64,000 bases of DNA. Source: Patescibacteria group bacterium. GTDB taxonomy: Bacteria > Patescibacteriota > Patescibacteriia > JAXHNJ01. The stretch lies in NCBI GenBank assembly GCA_041649715.1, contig JBAZMP010000001.1:436638-500637 (forward strand), written 5' to 3'. This document shows positions 10,283 through 20,669 of this stretch, piece by piece. Under the pieces are notes generated by a model. It made no database searches. It saw only the letters and a program-made list of their open reading frames with translations, and was not told the DNA's origin. The translations under genes and the position numbers were made by a program. Each line of letters opens with the position of its first letter. Position 1 is the stretch's first letter.

Positions 10283-11674
10283 ATGCTAGATATTAATAAT
10301 CTGAAAAATAAAAAAGTTTTGGTCATGGGCCTTGGTTTGCACGGCGGCGGAGTTTCCGTAGTCAAGTGGCTAGTAAAACAAGGCGCTCAAGTTACGGCCA
10401 CGGATTTAAAAATAAAGAAAGATCTATTACCGTCTTTAGCCAAACTTAAGGCTTTTAAGGTTAAATATGTTCTAGGCAGGCATAACCTGGAAGATTTTCG
10501 AAAAGCAGACCTAATTGTTCAAAATCCAGGCGTGCCGGCGAATTCCCAGTATTTAATCGCCGCGAAAAAGGCAGGTGTGCCAATTGAGAACGAGGCAACT
10601 CTTTTTTTCCGTCGTTGCCCGGCCCCTATCTTGGCGGTTACCGGCACCAAGGGCAAAAGTTCCCTGGTTTCTTTGCTTTTTCATGTTTTGAAAAGTAAGT
10701 TTAAAGATACGGTCATGGCCGGCAACATCCGCGATGTTTTGATGCTCGATGTTTTGCCAAAAATCAAAAAAAACACTAAAGTCATTTTGGAACTTTCTTC
10801 TTTTCAGCTTGAAGGTTTGGCCGGTTTAAAAAGAAGTCCGCATATCGCTTTTTTTACTAATATCATGCGTGATCATCTGAACCGTTATGGCACCATGCCC
10901 GTTTATATCAACGCAAAGTTAAATATGATCAAATTTCAAAATTCGAATGACTTTGCCGTTTTGAACGCCGATAATGCCTATACCCGCCGTTTTGCTAAAG
11001 AAACAAAAGCCAAGGTCTTCTGGTTTTCCCTCAATAAAAAAGTAAGCCCCGGCGCTTACCGGGAAAAAAACTGGCTGATTTTTACCGACGGTCACAAAAA
11101 AGAAAAAGTTTTACCTCTCGATAAATTGGACGTTTTGGCTGATTATCAGCGGGAACAGTTTTTAGCCGGCCTGATTGCCGGCAAGTTATTTGGCCTAAGT
11201 AACGGGATAATTTTTGAGGGTTTAAAAAGCTATAAAGGCTTGCACGACCGGCTGGAATTCATCAAAGAGATAAATGGTATAAAATATTATAATGATACGG
11301 CGGCCACCATGCCGGAGGCGGCCATCTCCGCCCTAAAGGCGTTGGGGAATTCAAAAAGGAAGAACATCGTCCTGCTGGCCGGTGGCGCCAATAAAAATTT
11401 GGTGTTCCAGGGTTTTTGTCGGCATATCGTAAGATATTGTAAAGCGGTAATTTTATTTAAAGGTCAAGCCAGTCTAATAATCGCTAAGCAGCTGGGAAAA
11501 AAAATAAAGCATGAAGTTGTTAAGAGCATGGAAGAGGCGGTCGGCCGGGCGGTAAAATTGTCACAAAAGGGTGATATAGTTTTGCTTTCGCCCGGCGCGG
11601 CCAGTTTTGGCCTCTTTAAACATGAGTTTGACCGTGGCGAACAATTTAAAAAATGCGTTAAACAACAAAAATAA
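10283..11674 (+). CDS. murD: UDP-MurNAc-L-Ala--D-glutamate ligase
   Basis: VLVMGLGLHGGG, AVTGTKGKS, LELSSFQL, RLEFI, YYNDTAAT, LLSPGAASF; ATG 10283 chosen as start. Confidence 0.95.
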   Translation: MLDINNLKNKKVLVMGLGLHGGGVSVVKWLVKQGAQVTATDLKIKKDLLPSLAKLKAFKVKYVLGRHNLEDFRKADLIVQNPGVPANSQYLIAAKKAGVPIENEATLFFRRCPAPILAVTGTKGKSSLVSLLFHVLKSKFKDTVMAGNIRDVLMLDVLPKIKKNTKVILELSSFQLEGLAGLKRSPHIAFFTNIMRDHLNRYGTMPVYINAKLNMIKFQNSNDFAVLNADNAYTRRFAKETKAKVFWFSLNKKVSPGAYREKNWLIFTDGHKKEKVLPLDKLDVLADYQREQFLAGLIAGKLFGLSNGIIFEGLKSYKGLHDRLEFIKEINGIKYYNDTAATMPEAAISALKALGNSKRKNIVLLAGGANKNLVFQGFCRHIVRYCKAVILFKGQASLIIAKQLGKKIKHEVVKSMEEAVGRAVKLSQKGDIVLLSPGAASFGLFKHEFDRGEQFKKCVKQQK

Positions 11675-12792
11675 TGCGACATAGCGGACATCAACCCGAT
11701 TATTTTCTGATCACTATTATCGCCCTGATCATTATTTTTGGTCTGGTCATGCTTTCTTCGGCCAGCTCCGTCGTTGCTTTTCAGAAGTTCGGAGATGCCA
11801 ATTATTATTTAAAAAAACAGCTGATCAGTTTTGTTTTGGGCATATTTGCTTTCTTTTTCATGTCTAAGATCGATTACCGCTATTGGAAAAGATTTGCCTT
11901 TCCCATGATGATTATCACTATTATCTTGTTGATTTCTGTTTTTATCCCGGGGATAGGCACGGGTTTGCTGGGGGCTAAGCGCTGGGTTACTTTGGGCCCC
12001 ATTTTTTTTCAGCCGTCGGAAATTGTGAAAGTGACCTTTCTGATTTATCTGGCGACCTGGCTGGAGAAAAGGGGGGAAGGGATCAAGGATATTTCCGCCG
12101 GTTTTTTGCCCTTTGTCATTATTTTGGTGATCATTGCCATCCTCGTGATGTCCCAGCCGGATTTAGGCACCATGATCGTGATTGCCATTATCGCCATGAG
12201 CTCTTATTTGGTGGCGGGTGCCCCCGTCGCCCATATATTTTGGCTGGGACTAGGGGCGGCCGGTTCTATTTTTGCCTTGATCAAGATTGCCCCTTACCGG
12301 ATGGAACGATTTACCGTATTTTTAAATCCTGAACTGGACCCCCAGGGGATAGGGTATCATATTAATCAGGCTTTATTGGCGATCGGGTCCGGCGGACTGC
12401 TTGGCTTGGGTCTCGGGCACTCGCGGCAAAAATTCAATTACTTGCCGCAGGCCTCTTCCGATTCGATTTTTGCTATTATTGCCGAAGAGCTGGGTTTTAT
12501 TTTTGTCGTTCTCCTGATCTTTTTATTTTTATTATTTATGTTCCGGGGTTTTAAAATCGCCCGGGCGGCCCCGGATAAATATGGCAAGATCATGGCAGCC
12601 GGCATCACCGCCTGGTTTACTTTTCAGGCCCTGATTAATATAGGTTCGATGACCAGTGTTTTACCGTTAACCGGCATTCCTTTGCCATTTATCAGCGCCG
12701 GCGGAACCGCCCTCGTAGTTTCGATGGCGGCCATCGGGATATTAATGAACATATCCCGTCAGACCAAAGAAGAAAGAAGTTTTTGGCGATAA
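11674..12792 (+). CDS. ftsW: SEDS peptidoglycan polymerase FtsW
   Basis: GAKRW, FQPSEIVK, QPDLGT, YLPQASSDSIFAIIAEELG, GIPLPFISAGGT; lies between murD and murG. Confidence 0.93.
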   Translation: MRHSGHQPDYFLITIIALIIIFGLVMLSSASSVVAFQKFGDANYYLKKQLISFVLGIFAFFFMSKIDYRYWKRFAFPMMIITIILLISVFIPGIGTGLLGAKRWVTLGPIFFQPSEIVKVTFLIYLATWLEKRGEGIKDISAGFLPFVIILVIIAILVMSQPDLGTMIVIAIIAMSSYLVAGAPVAHIFWLGLGAAGSIFALIKIAPYRMERFTVFLNPELDPQGIGYHINQALLAIGSGGLLGLGLGHSRQKFNYLPQASSDSIFAIIAEELGFIFVVLLIFLFLLFMFRGFKIARAAPDKYGKIMAAGITAWFTFQALINIGSMTSVLPLTGIPLPFISAGGTALVVSMAAIGILMNISRQTKEERSFWR

Positions 12793-12804
12793 CGGCTTAA
12801 TAAT

Positions 12805-13881
12805 ATGAATGACAAAAATATAAAAATAGCATTGACGGGTGGCGGTACGGCTGGTTCGGTCATGCCGTTAATCGCCATTTGCGAGGGTTTTAAAAAGAAA
12901 AATATTCCGGCTGAAATTTTATTCATCGGAACAGAAAATGGAATAGAACAAAAATTAGTTCAGCCGTATAATTTGAATTTTAAAAGTATCCCCTGCGGTA
13001 AGTTGAGGCGATATTTATCTTTTAGGAATATAACAGATATTTTCCAACTGGCAAAAGGCTTCTTTGCCGCCAGAAAAATTTTAAAAGAATATGGACCGCA
13101 GGTCGTTGTGTCCGCCGGCGGATTTGTCGCCGTACCGGTGATCTGGGCGGCCCGCTCTTTAAAAATTCCTTGTCTTGTCCATCAGCAAGATATTATTAAG
13201 GGACTGGCGAATAAATTGACCGAAAAATTTGCCGCCAGGATAACGGTTACTTTTGAAAAATCTTTGCTGGATTTCCCCCGGAAGAAAGTGATATTAACCG
13301 GTAATCCTGTCCGGCCGGAAATCTTTGAAGGCGACAAAGACAAGGCTATTGAATTTTTTCGTTTAAAAAGAGATTTACCGACACTCTTGGTCTTGGGCGG
13401 GGGAACCGGCGCCCTAAAGATCAATCAAGCAATTGATAAAATATTAAAGGATCTAGCTAAGTTTTGTCAGATAATACATTTAACTGGCGAAGGTAAAAAA
13501 ACCAGTGATTTTGAGAATGAAAACTATCATTCTTATCAATTGCTGACGGCTGACATGAAGAACGCCTTGGCCGCGGCCGACCTGGTTATTTCCCGGGCGG
13601 GCATGAATGCTTTAACGGAGTTTTCCGCCCTGGGCTTGCCTTCTATTATCATCCCCATGTTCAAGACTCATCAGGAAAAAAACGCCGGCTATTATGAAAA
13701 GCAGGGGGCGGTCTTGGTCATCCGTGAAAATATTCTGCATCACGAACTATTATTGTCAACTGTCCGGGGTCTATTATCAAACCCGAGCCGATTAAAAGAG
13801 CTGAGTGAAGATATCCATAAAATGTATCGGCCGGAGGCTTTGGATAAAATTATTGAGATAATATTAGATTTAAAAAAATAA
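12805..13881 (+). CDS. murG: Lipid II GlcNAc transferase MurG
   Basis: TGGGTAGS, GGFVAVP, TGNPVR, GGGTGA, ISRAG, HQEKNA. Confidence 0.95.
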   Translation: MNDKNIKIALTGGGTAGSVMPLIAICEGFKKKNIPAEILFIGTENGIEQKLVQPYNLNFKSIPCGKLRRYLSFRNITDIFQLAKGFFAARKILKEYGPQVVVSAGGFVAVPVIWAARSLKIPCLVHQQDIIKGLANKLTEKFAARITVTFEKSLLDFPRKKVILTGNPVRPEIFEGDKDKAIEFFRLKRDLPTLLVLGGGTGALKINQAIDKILKDLAKFCQIIHLTGEGKKTSDFENENYHSYQLLTADMKNALAAADLVISRAGMNALTEFSALGLPSIIIPMFKTHQEKNAGYYEKQGAVLVIRENILHHELLLSTVRGLLSNPSRLKELSEDIHKMYRPEALDKIIEIILDLKK

Positions 13882-13882
13882 T

Positions 13883-15274
13883 ATGGATATTGGACAGGCA
13901 AAAAAAATCCACTTCGTCGGCATTTCCGGGATTGGCATTTCCGGACTGGCTAAAATATGCTTGGAAATGGGCAAACAAGTGACTGGTTCGGATTTAACCG
14001 AGTCCATCGTCTCAAAGGGCTTAATGAAGTCTGGCGCAAGAATAATCATCGGAAAACAGGAGGAAAAAAATGTGCCCGAGGATACCGATTTATTAATCTA
14101 CTCCAATGCCGTACCGGAAACCAATCCGGAAAGAAAAAAAGCGGCCGAAAACAGAATCGCCCAATTAAATTACCCGCAGGCTTTAGGCGGTCTGACGCGC
14201 GACAAGAAACTGATTTGTGTCTCCGGCACGCACGGCAAAACAACCACGACGGCCATGATTGTTTCTGTTTTGCGGGCGGCGGGCAAAGATCCTTCATTCA
14301 TTGTCGGCTCTTATTTGCCTGAAATAGGGGGCAACGCCAAGCTTGGCCAGAGCGAATTGTTCGTGATCGAGGCCGACGAGTACGCCAGAGCGATGCTGAA
14401 TTATTATCCCGATTATTTGATTTTTACCAACATTGAGGCCGATCACCTGGACACCTATAAAGATATTGACGATATTAAGGAAACGTTTAAGAAATATGTC
14501 GCTCATCTCAGCGTTTCCGGGACCCTGATCGCTAATATTGAAGATAAGAATGTGAAGGAGATCGCGGCTGTTTGCCCGGCCAAAATAGTTTATTATGGCT
14601 TGAAACACGGACAAATAAAACCGACCCTTCTCCTTTCGGCCAAAAAAGGTTTTTCTTTCAGTTTCGCTAATATACAGATAAGCTTGTCGGTTCCGGGCTT
14701 GCATAATGTTTATAATGCCTTAGCCGTGTTGGGGGTGGCCAGGGAGCTGGGAATTGAAGAAAAAGCGATCAAAAAGGGACTGGAGGATTTTAAAGGCACT
14801 TGGCGCCGCTTCGAACACCTCGGTGATTATAACGGCCTGCCTGTCATTTCCGATTACGCTCATCATCCGACCGAGATTAGGGCCTTGCTTTCGGCGGCTA
14901 AACAGGCCTACCCGAAAAAAAGAATCGTCGTCGTTTTTCAGCCCCACCAGCATAACCGGACCAAGAATTTATTCAAAGATTTTGTCAGGGCTTTTGATGC
15001 CGCTCATCTGGTTATTCTTAATGAAATCTTCGAGGTGGCGGGCCGAGAAAACGAAAGAGATCAAGATGTAACCTCACAAGATTTAGTGAGGGAGTTAAAA
15101 AAAAGAAACCGGTGGCGTCTGTTATTCCAGAATTATAAAAAAGAGATTTATTATGCCGGGGATTTGAAAGAAAGCGAGGAGATGGTCAGGAAAATGGCGA
15201 AAAAAAATGATGTCCTGCTGATTGCCGGCGCCGGGGAGATTTATAAGGTGAGTGAGAATTTGATTAACCGCTAG
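13883..15274 (+). CDS. murC: UDP-MurNAc--L-alanine ligase
   Basis: HFVGISGIGISG, SGTHGKTTTT, EADEY, NIEADHLD, DYAHHPTEI, FQPH. Confidence 0.97.
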   Translation: MDIGQAKKIHFVGISGIGISGLAKICLEMGKQVTGSDLTESIVSKGLMKSGARIIIGKQEEKNVPEDTDLLIYSNAVPETNPERKKAAENRIAQLNYPQALGGLTRDKKLICVSGTHGKTTTTAMIVSVLRAAGKDPSFIVGSYLPEIGGNAKLGQSELFVIEADEYARAMLNYYPDYLIFTNIEADHLDTYKDIDDIKETFKKYVAHLSVSGTLIANIEDKNVKEIAAVCPAKIVYYGLKHGQIKPTLLLSAKKGFSFSFANIQISLSVPGLHNVYNALAVLGVARELGIEEKAIKKGLEDFKGTWRRFEHLGDYNGLPVISDYAHHPTEIRALLSAAKQAYPKKRIVVVFQPHQHNRTKNLFKDFVRAFDAAHLVILNEIFEVAGRENERDQDVTSQDLVRELKKRNRWRLLFQNYKKEIYYAGDLKESEEMVRKMAKKNDVLLIAGAGEIYKVSENLINR

Positions 15275-15275
15275 C

Positions 15276-15472
15276 CGTCATTCCGAACTTGTTTCGGAAT
15301 CTCTACATATGAATGTGTTTTAGGTTGTAGGCGGTAGGGTATAGCCGCCTGTATGGTCATAGGGCATGATCATAAATAGACTTATCACTAAAACTACACC
15401 AGCTGCCATGCCTTATTACTTATAACCAAACCAATAATGAAAATGAGATCCTGAAGCGAGTTCAGGTTGACG
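15276..15472. repeat. Pair of 28-nt imperfect inverted palindromic repeats (REP/MITE-like element)
   Basis: CGTCATTCCGAACTTGTTTCGGAATCTC (15276-15303) and GAGATCCTGAAGCGAGTTCAGGTTGACG (15445-15472) are each a hairpin and are near reverse complements of each other. Confidence 0.75.
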
Positions 15473-15474
15473 CT

Positions 15475-16209
15475 ATGAATAAAACAGCTAAAACATACAT
15501 CGGGACATCCGGCTGGGTCTACCGTCACTGGTTCGAGGTTTTTTATCCGGAAGATACCAGGTCTGATGAGTTGTTGCAGTATTATGCCCAGTATTTCAAT
15601 AGCGTGGAACTAAACGCCTCTTTTTATCGTTTGCCTAAAGCGGAAGTTTTTGCCGGCTGGCATAAAAAAACGCCTAAAGATTTTTTATTCAGCGTGAAGG
15701 CCAGCCGATATATCACTCACCTAAAGAAATTGCGGGATTTTGAAGAGGGCTGGCGGCGTTTCATTGATTCAGCCAGGGAATTAAAGGAAAAACTTGGACC
15801 GATACTATTCCAGCTGCCCCCGTTTTTAAAAGCCGACAACGAAGTTCTAAAGAAGGCGCTGGAAGTTTTGCCGAAAAAATATAAATATGCCTTTGAATTC
15901 CGCCATGAAAGCTGGTTTAGCCCCAAAATATATGATATTCTAAAAAAGCACAATGTCGCGCTAGTGGTGGCAGATTCACCGGAGTTTCCTTCAAAAAAAG
16001 AAATCACGGCCGATTTCGCCTATTTACGCTTTCATGGCTTAAAAAGTCTTTATGGCTCAAAATATTCGGACGAAGAATTAAACGCATGGGCCAAGGATAT
16101 ACAGACCTGGTCAAAGAAGGGGATTGATGTCTATGCCTATTTCAACAATGACGCGGAGGGGTACGCGGTGGAGAATGCCAAAGAATTGAATAACCTGCTT
16201 AAATCATGA
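15475..16209 (+). CDS. DUF72 (YecE-like) protein
   Basis: IGTSGWVY..W...FYP, VELNASFY, FSVKA, LFQLPP, EFRHESW, YLRFHG, YFNND. Confidence 0.92.
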   Translation: MNKTAKTYIGTSGWVYRHWFEVFYPEDTRSDELLQYYAQYFNSVELNASFYRLPKAEVFAGWHKKTPKDFLFSVKASRYITHLKKLRDFEEGWRRFIDSARELKEKLGPILFQLPPFLKADNEVLKKALEVLPKKYKYAFEFRHESWFSPKIYDILKKHNVALVVADSPEFPSKKEITADFAYLRFHGLKSLYGSKYSDEELNAWAKDIQTWSKKGIDVYAYFNNDAEGYAVENAKELNNLLKS

Positions 16210-17072
16210 ACAAATTAATGAATGTCAAAAATAATATAATTTTGGCCTCCTACACCACCTTTAAGATCGGCGGGCCGGCCAAGTATTTCGCCGTGGTTAA
16301 AAAAGAGGAGGAAATGATGGCGGGCTTGAAGTGGGCGAAAGAAAATAAACAGCCTTATTTTATTCTTGGCCATGGAGCTAATATATTAGTCAGCGATAAA
16401 GGATTTGACGGATTGGTGATCAAAAATGAGATGAAAGACACGGAAACTAACGCGGCTGTTTTTGTCGAGTCCGGCGTTGTTCTGGCGGATTTGATCGGCC
16501 AATGCGCCGGCAAGGGCATAAGCGGTCTGGAATTTTTGGCCGGCGTGCCATCCACCTTGGGCGGCGCGATTTACGGCAATGCCGGCAGCGCTCAAAAAGC
16601 GATAGGAGATTTTGTGGTTAGCGTTAGGGCTCTGGACAGGGACTTAAGGGTTAGGGTGTTCAATAAAGCTGATTGCGGTTTTGCCTACCGCCAAAGCATA
16701 TTTAAGAATAATGAATATGTTATTTTGTCGGCGACCCTTAAATTGGAAAAAGGCGATGCATATAATATCATAGAAGGCATAAAAAACTTGATGCTCAAGA
16801 AAAAAGAAACTCAAGATTTGGAGCATCCGTCCGCCGGCTGCGTGTTTAAAAACGCCGATGGGTATATCGCCGGCCGGCTGATAGACGAGTTGGGCTTAAA
16901 AGGGAAAAAGATCGGCCAGGCGCAGATTTCAGAAAAACACGCCAATTACATTATCAATTTAGGCGGCGCGACCGCCGATCAAGTCGCGCAGCTGATAAGT
17001 TATATCAAACAGCAAGTAAGGGACAAAAAGAAAATCCAGTTACAAGAGGAAATAAATTACGTGGGGTTTTAG
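16206..17072 (+). CDS. murB: UDP-N-acetylenolpyruvoylglucosamine reductase
   Basis: TTFKIGGPA, G.GANILVSD, GGAIYGNAG, PSAGCVFKN, SEKHANYIIN. Confidence 0.95.
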   Translation: MNKLMNVKNNIILASYTTFKIGGPAKYFAVVKKEEEMMAGLKWAKENKQPYFILGHGANILVSDKGFDGLVIKNEMKDTETNAAVFVESGVVLADLIGQCAGKGISGLEFLAGVPSTLGGAIYGNAGSAQKAIGDFVVSVRALDRDLRVRVFNKADCGFAYRQSIFKNNEYVILSATLKLEKGDAYNIIEGIKNLMLKKKETQDLEHPSAGCVFKNADGYIAGRLIDELGLKGKKIGQAQISEKHANYIINLGGATADQVAQLISYIKQQVRDKKKIQLQEEINYVGF

Positions 17073-17096
17073 TAATAACCATAAATTCAAAAATCA

Positions 17097-17567
17097 ATGA
17101 TCGACCTAAAACAATTGTGTAAATTTCTGGTAAAAGCGAAAAAATCGACCTATGCGGCTGGTTATCTGGCCAAAAAATCTATCGAGGATAACAAATCGAC
17201 CACCTTGGTTTTTGAAGATGGCGACTGGAAATATCATGATAATTATTTTGGCGGCGAGCCGTACGGCGGCCGGGAGGTAGTATTTTATAAAAATTTCCCG
17301 GTTTATATCATGGTCTATTACGGACGGGTTGAAGAGTCGGTCTCTGACTTTGAGACCGTATACAAAGTTTTGCGAAAAGCATTGGTGCTTATACCGGAAA
17401 ATAAACCCTTTCGCGGTCCCAAACAATATAAACAAGATGATTTGTTATATACTAATAATTTTCAAGGTGATGTTGTTAATTTTTCCGGCGAAGAAACGAT
17501 CAGCAAAAACGGCAAGATATTATACAGCGCAAAATATATGGGAGGATTGGTAGATAAAAGAAGATAA
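17097..17567 (+). CDS. DUF5680-like protein
   Basis: FLVKAKKSTYA, YHDNYFGG, GREVV, PFRGP, FSGEETI pattern. Confidence 0.75.
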   Translation: MIDLKQLCKFLVKAKKSTYAAGYLAKKSIEDNKSTTLVFEDGDWKYHDNYFGGEPYGGREVVFYKNFPVYIMVYYGRVEESVSDFETVYKVLRKALVLIPENKPFRGPKQYKQDDLLYTNNFQGDVVNFSGEETISKNGKILYSAKYMGGLVDKRR

Positions 17568-17580
17568 AGTGTAAAACTAT

Positions 17581-18126
17581 ATGTTAAAAAAAATTAAAAT
17601 TCATGTAAAAAGTATGGCCGAAGAAGATGATTGGAAGTATCATATTCTTCCCGTTGTAAACTATTCTAAGAGATTGTCCGTGATATATAAAGCTGATAAA
17701 AAAGTTGTTGGGCTGGCAGCCCTGCTTCATGATATTGGTAGAATAAGATTTGGCGAAAAAAATCACGAGATTACGGGAGCCAAGGAAGCGGAAAAAATTC
17801 TGAAAAAATATGGATATTCTCGAAATACTATTGATAAAATTAAACATTGCATAGTCTCTCATAGAGGGAGCAGCAAAACCAAGCCAAAGACGATAGCGGC
17901 TAAAATTATTGCCAATGCCGATGCCATGGCCCACTTTGATTCTTTGCCCATCTTTTTTTATTGGCGACTAGGCGGTAGGAAGTTTGAAGAGGTATTTAAA
18001 TGGATAGATGAGAAGTACAAAAAAGATTGGAATAAAAAATTAACATTGCCGGGATCAAAAAAGATATTAAAAGAAAAATATAAAGCGATTCAAATAGTAC
18101 TAAATTCGAATAAAAAATATATTTGA
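17581..18126 (+). CDS. HD-domain phosphohydrolase
   Basis: H...AALLHDIGR...HEITGA...H...ADAMAH. Confidence 0.88.
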   Translation: MLKKIKIHVKSMAEEDDWKYHILPVVNYSKRLSVIYKADKKVVGLAALLHDIGRIRFGEKNHEITGAKEAEKILKKYGYSRNTIDKIKHCIVSHRGSSKTKPKTIAAKIIANADAMAHFDSLPIFFYWRLGGRKFEEVFKWIDEKYKKDWNKKLTLPGSKKILKEKYKAIQIVLNSNKKYI

Positions 18127-18162
18127 CTTTTTAATTTTAACATTGAAATATTTTCAGGCGTT

Positions 18163-18711
18163 ATGAACATAAAAATCACTTACTTTGTTCATGGCACGAC
18201 GACTGATAATGAGAAAGACATTTCTTCGGGCTGGTCTGATGTAGGACTTTCGGAATTAGGCATTGAGCAGTCGATCAAATTAAAAGATCAATTAAAGGAT
18301 AGCAATTTTGATGTGGTATTTTGTTCTGATCTGAAAAGAGCGGTTGAATCTGCGAAGCTAACCTTTGAAGGCGAGGTTAAGATAATTGAAGATAGCAGGT
18401 TGCGGGAATGCAATTACGGGAAATATAATGCCCAGCCTTCTGAAATTGTTGAGCCGTTGCAGGAACGACATATTACAAAAAAATTTCCGGAGGGCGAAAG
18501 CTACGAAGACGTTAAAAAGCGAATCAAGGATTTTCTTATTTTTCTGAAAAAAAATTATCATGGAAGGCGCGTGGGCATTGTTGCTCACAAAGCACCGCAA
18601 TTAGCCCTTGATGTATTGTTAAAAGGCAAAACCTGGCAGGAGGCTTTTACCCAAGATTGGCGGAAAAGAAAAGCCTGGCAGCCAGGCTGGGAATATGATA
18701 TTAGTAAATAA
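18163..18711 (+). CDS. Histidine phosphatase (phosphoglycerate mutase-like) family protein
   Basis: FVHGTT (RHG variant), SDLKRA, RLRECNYG, GESY, IVAH. Confidence 0.85.
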   Translation: MNIKITYFVHGTTTDNEKDISSGWSDVGLSELGIEQSIKLKDQLKDSNFDVVFCSDLKRAVESAKLTFEGEVKIIEDSRLRECNYGKYNAQPSEIVEPLQERHITKKFPEGESYEDVKKRIKDFLIFLKKNYHGRRVGIVAHKAPQLALDVLLKGKTWQEAFTQDWRKRKAWQPGWEYDISK

Positions 18712-18972
18712 TAATAGTAATAAGATGCAGTATATTTGCCTCTTGACATTTTTTATTAATTGATTTTATTCCTAAAATAAGCTAAAATTATTGAGTTCCT
18801 TTCACGACAAAAAAATAATAAAAGAAAGATAATTTTCACACGAAGTTTAGATTCACATATTTTTGGCTCTAATTATTGAAAAATAAAAATACAAATTTAT
18901 CTTATAAAATTTCGAAAGTATTTTGAAAAATAATACTCAACAAAAAACAATTTATTTTATTTAATAATATAG

Positions 18973-18981
18973 TTATCCACA
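18973..18981 (+). promoter_or_regulatory. Consensus DnaA box
   Basis: TTATCCACA in the AT-rich intergenic region, 23 nt before the decarboxylase start. Confidence 0.5.
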
Positions 18982-19004
18982 GGATATATAATACCAAGCA
19001 ATAT

Positions 19005-20609
19005 ATGCCAGTACTCGGGGTACGTTACGGACAAAAAGTTCTAATTGGCGGACAAGAGATTAAAGCGGTTGTTGGCCAATCTTCTAAAAATAGTGACAAG
19101 AAGGATTCTTTGGTTAGGGTTGATGATAAAAAAAGTGAAGTTAAGGTCAGGGAGATGCCGGTCATAAAAAAGAACGGCGAATTAAAAAGGGAAGTAAAAG
19201 AGGTTGACGGCCGCAATCTCCCTAGCGAAAAAAATTATTCGTCTCTGCGGAAATTCAAGAAGTTCTGGAAATTAGGCGTTCAAGAACTGAATACCGAGTA
19301 TTTCGATATCAATCAGCAGGGGGTGCTGACCGTCAAGGAAGGGAATAATCAGTATAATATCCAGCAGCTGGTGGAAAAGTACGGTTCGCCGGTGGAAATA
19401 TATTTCCCCTTTATCCTGGAAGAAAGGCTGACCAGCATCATTGATTTGTTCAATTTTTACATAAAATATTTTAAATACCGGGGCAAATTCTATTATCATT
19501 ACCCGATGAAGGTAAATCAGAACAAGGAGATCATCCTGCCGATCGTCAGCGAAGGCGCCAATCTTGAGGCCAGTTCTTATAATGAACTGTATTTGGTGAA
19601 AAAACTTTGGGAGCAGGGCAGTTTTCACGAGAAGATCAAAGTCATCTGCAACGGCCCGAAAACGGAAAAATATCTGGCCTTGATCGAGGAACTGAGAAAT
19701 AATAATCTGTCGATTATTCCCATCATCGAGGACAATAAGGAGTTGGAATTTTTACAAAAGTACAAAGGCGATGTCGGTATCCGCGTGGATTTGAGAACTA
19801 AGGTCCGTTCGCACTGGGATAAAAAGATAAATCGCTACGGTTTTACCGAAGAAGAAATAAAAAAGATCGGCAAAGTCAGGAATTTAAAAATACTCCATTA
19901 CCATTTGGGTTCACAGGTCGAATATCTGGATGATATTTTCAATTCGGTCAAAAAGGGGATGGAAGTGTACGTGCAGCTTAAGAAGAAAAATCCGAGTCTG
20001 GACACGCTGGATATCGGCGGCGGACTGCCTATTCCTTACGACCGCAAAAAACACTACAGCATTGACAGCCTGGTAAGGAAAATAATCCGTCATCTTAATT
20101 CCGTGGCGGATCAGAAAAAAATAGCGCCGCCGGACATCATCTGCGAATGGGGGCGATTTGTCGCCGCGCCGTCGCAGATGACCGTGTTTAAAATACTTTC
20201 ATCCAAAACGATACCCAAGGGTAACGCCAAGGCCTGGTATGTCATTGACGGCAGTTTTATGAATGATCTAATGGATACCTGGGCGATTCATCAGTGCTGG
20301 CATGTTTTGCCGGTGAACCATTTGATGGCAAGCAAGCTCAACCGATGCTGGTTGGCTGGACTAAGCTGCGATACCGACGATAAATATATCGCGCACGGCC
20401 ATTATATCTTACTGCCCAAAATAACAAATTTAAAAGAAGGGGAAAGCCTCTACGTCGCTTTCTTGGACACCGGCGCCTATCAAAACGCTTTGGCTTCCCA
20501 TCATTGCCTTCTTTCCTGGCCGGCCAGGCTTTTGGCGGAGAACGGCGTTGTGAGACAGATTAGAAGGCATGAAACGCCTGATGACGTCGGCAAAATCTAT
20601 GGCTGGTAG
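19005..20609 (+). CDS. speA: PLP-dependent basic amino acid decarboxylase (fold III), biosynthetic arginine decarboxylase-like
   Basis: YPMKVNQ (PLP lysine), CNGPK, HYHLGSQ, DIGGG, CEWGR, SCDTD, GAYQ; ~80-aa charged N-terminal extension. Confidence 0.8.
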   Translation: MPVLGVRYGQKVLIGGQEIKAVVGQSSKNSDKKDSLVRVDDKKSEVKVREMPVIKKNGELKREVKEVDGRNLPSEKNYSSLRKFKKFWKLGVQELNTEYFDINQQGVLTVKEGNNQYNIQQLVEKYGSPVEIYFPFILEERLTSIIDLFNFYIKYFKYRGKFYYHYPMKVNQNKEIILPIVSEGANLEASSYNELYLVKKLWEQGSFHEKIKVICNGPKTEKYLALIEELRNNNLSIIPIIEDNKELEFLQKYKGDVGIRVDLRTKVRSHWDKKINRYGFTEEEIKKIGKVRNLKILHYHLGSQVEYLDDIFNSVKKGMEVYVQLKKKNPSLDTLDIGGGLPIPYDRKKHYSIDSLVRKIIRHLNSVADQKKIAPPDIICEWGRFVAAPSQMTVFKILSSKTIPKGNAKAWYVIDGSFMNDLMDTWAIHQCWHVLPVNHLMASKLNRCWLAGLSCDTDDKYIAHGHYILLPKITNLKEGESLYVAFLDTGAYQNALASHHCLLSWPARLLAENGVVRQIRRHETPDDVGKIYGW

Positions 20610-20669
20610 ATTGCTCGTTGTTATTTTAAAAGAGACTTATAAATATGTTCGCTTAATTATCATATTATT

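Noticed and set aside
18712-19004. AT-rich region with a DnaA box as a possible oriC
   Set aside because: Only one perfect box and no dnaA/dnaN nearby; it fits a promoter region better
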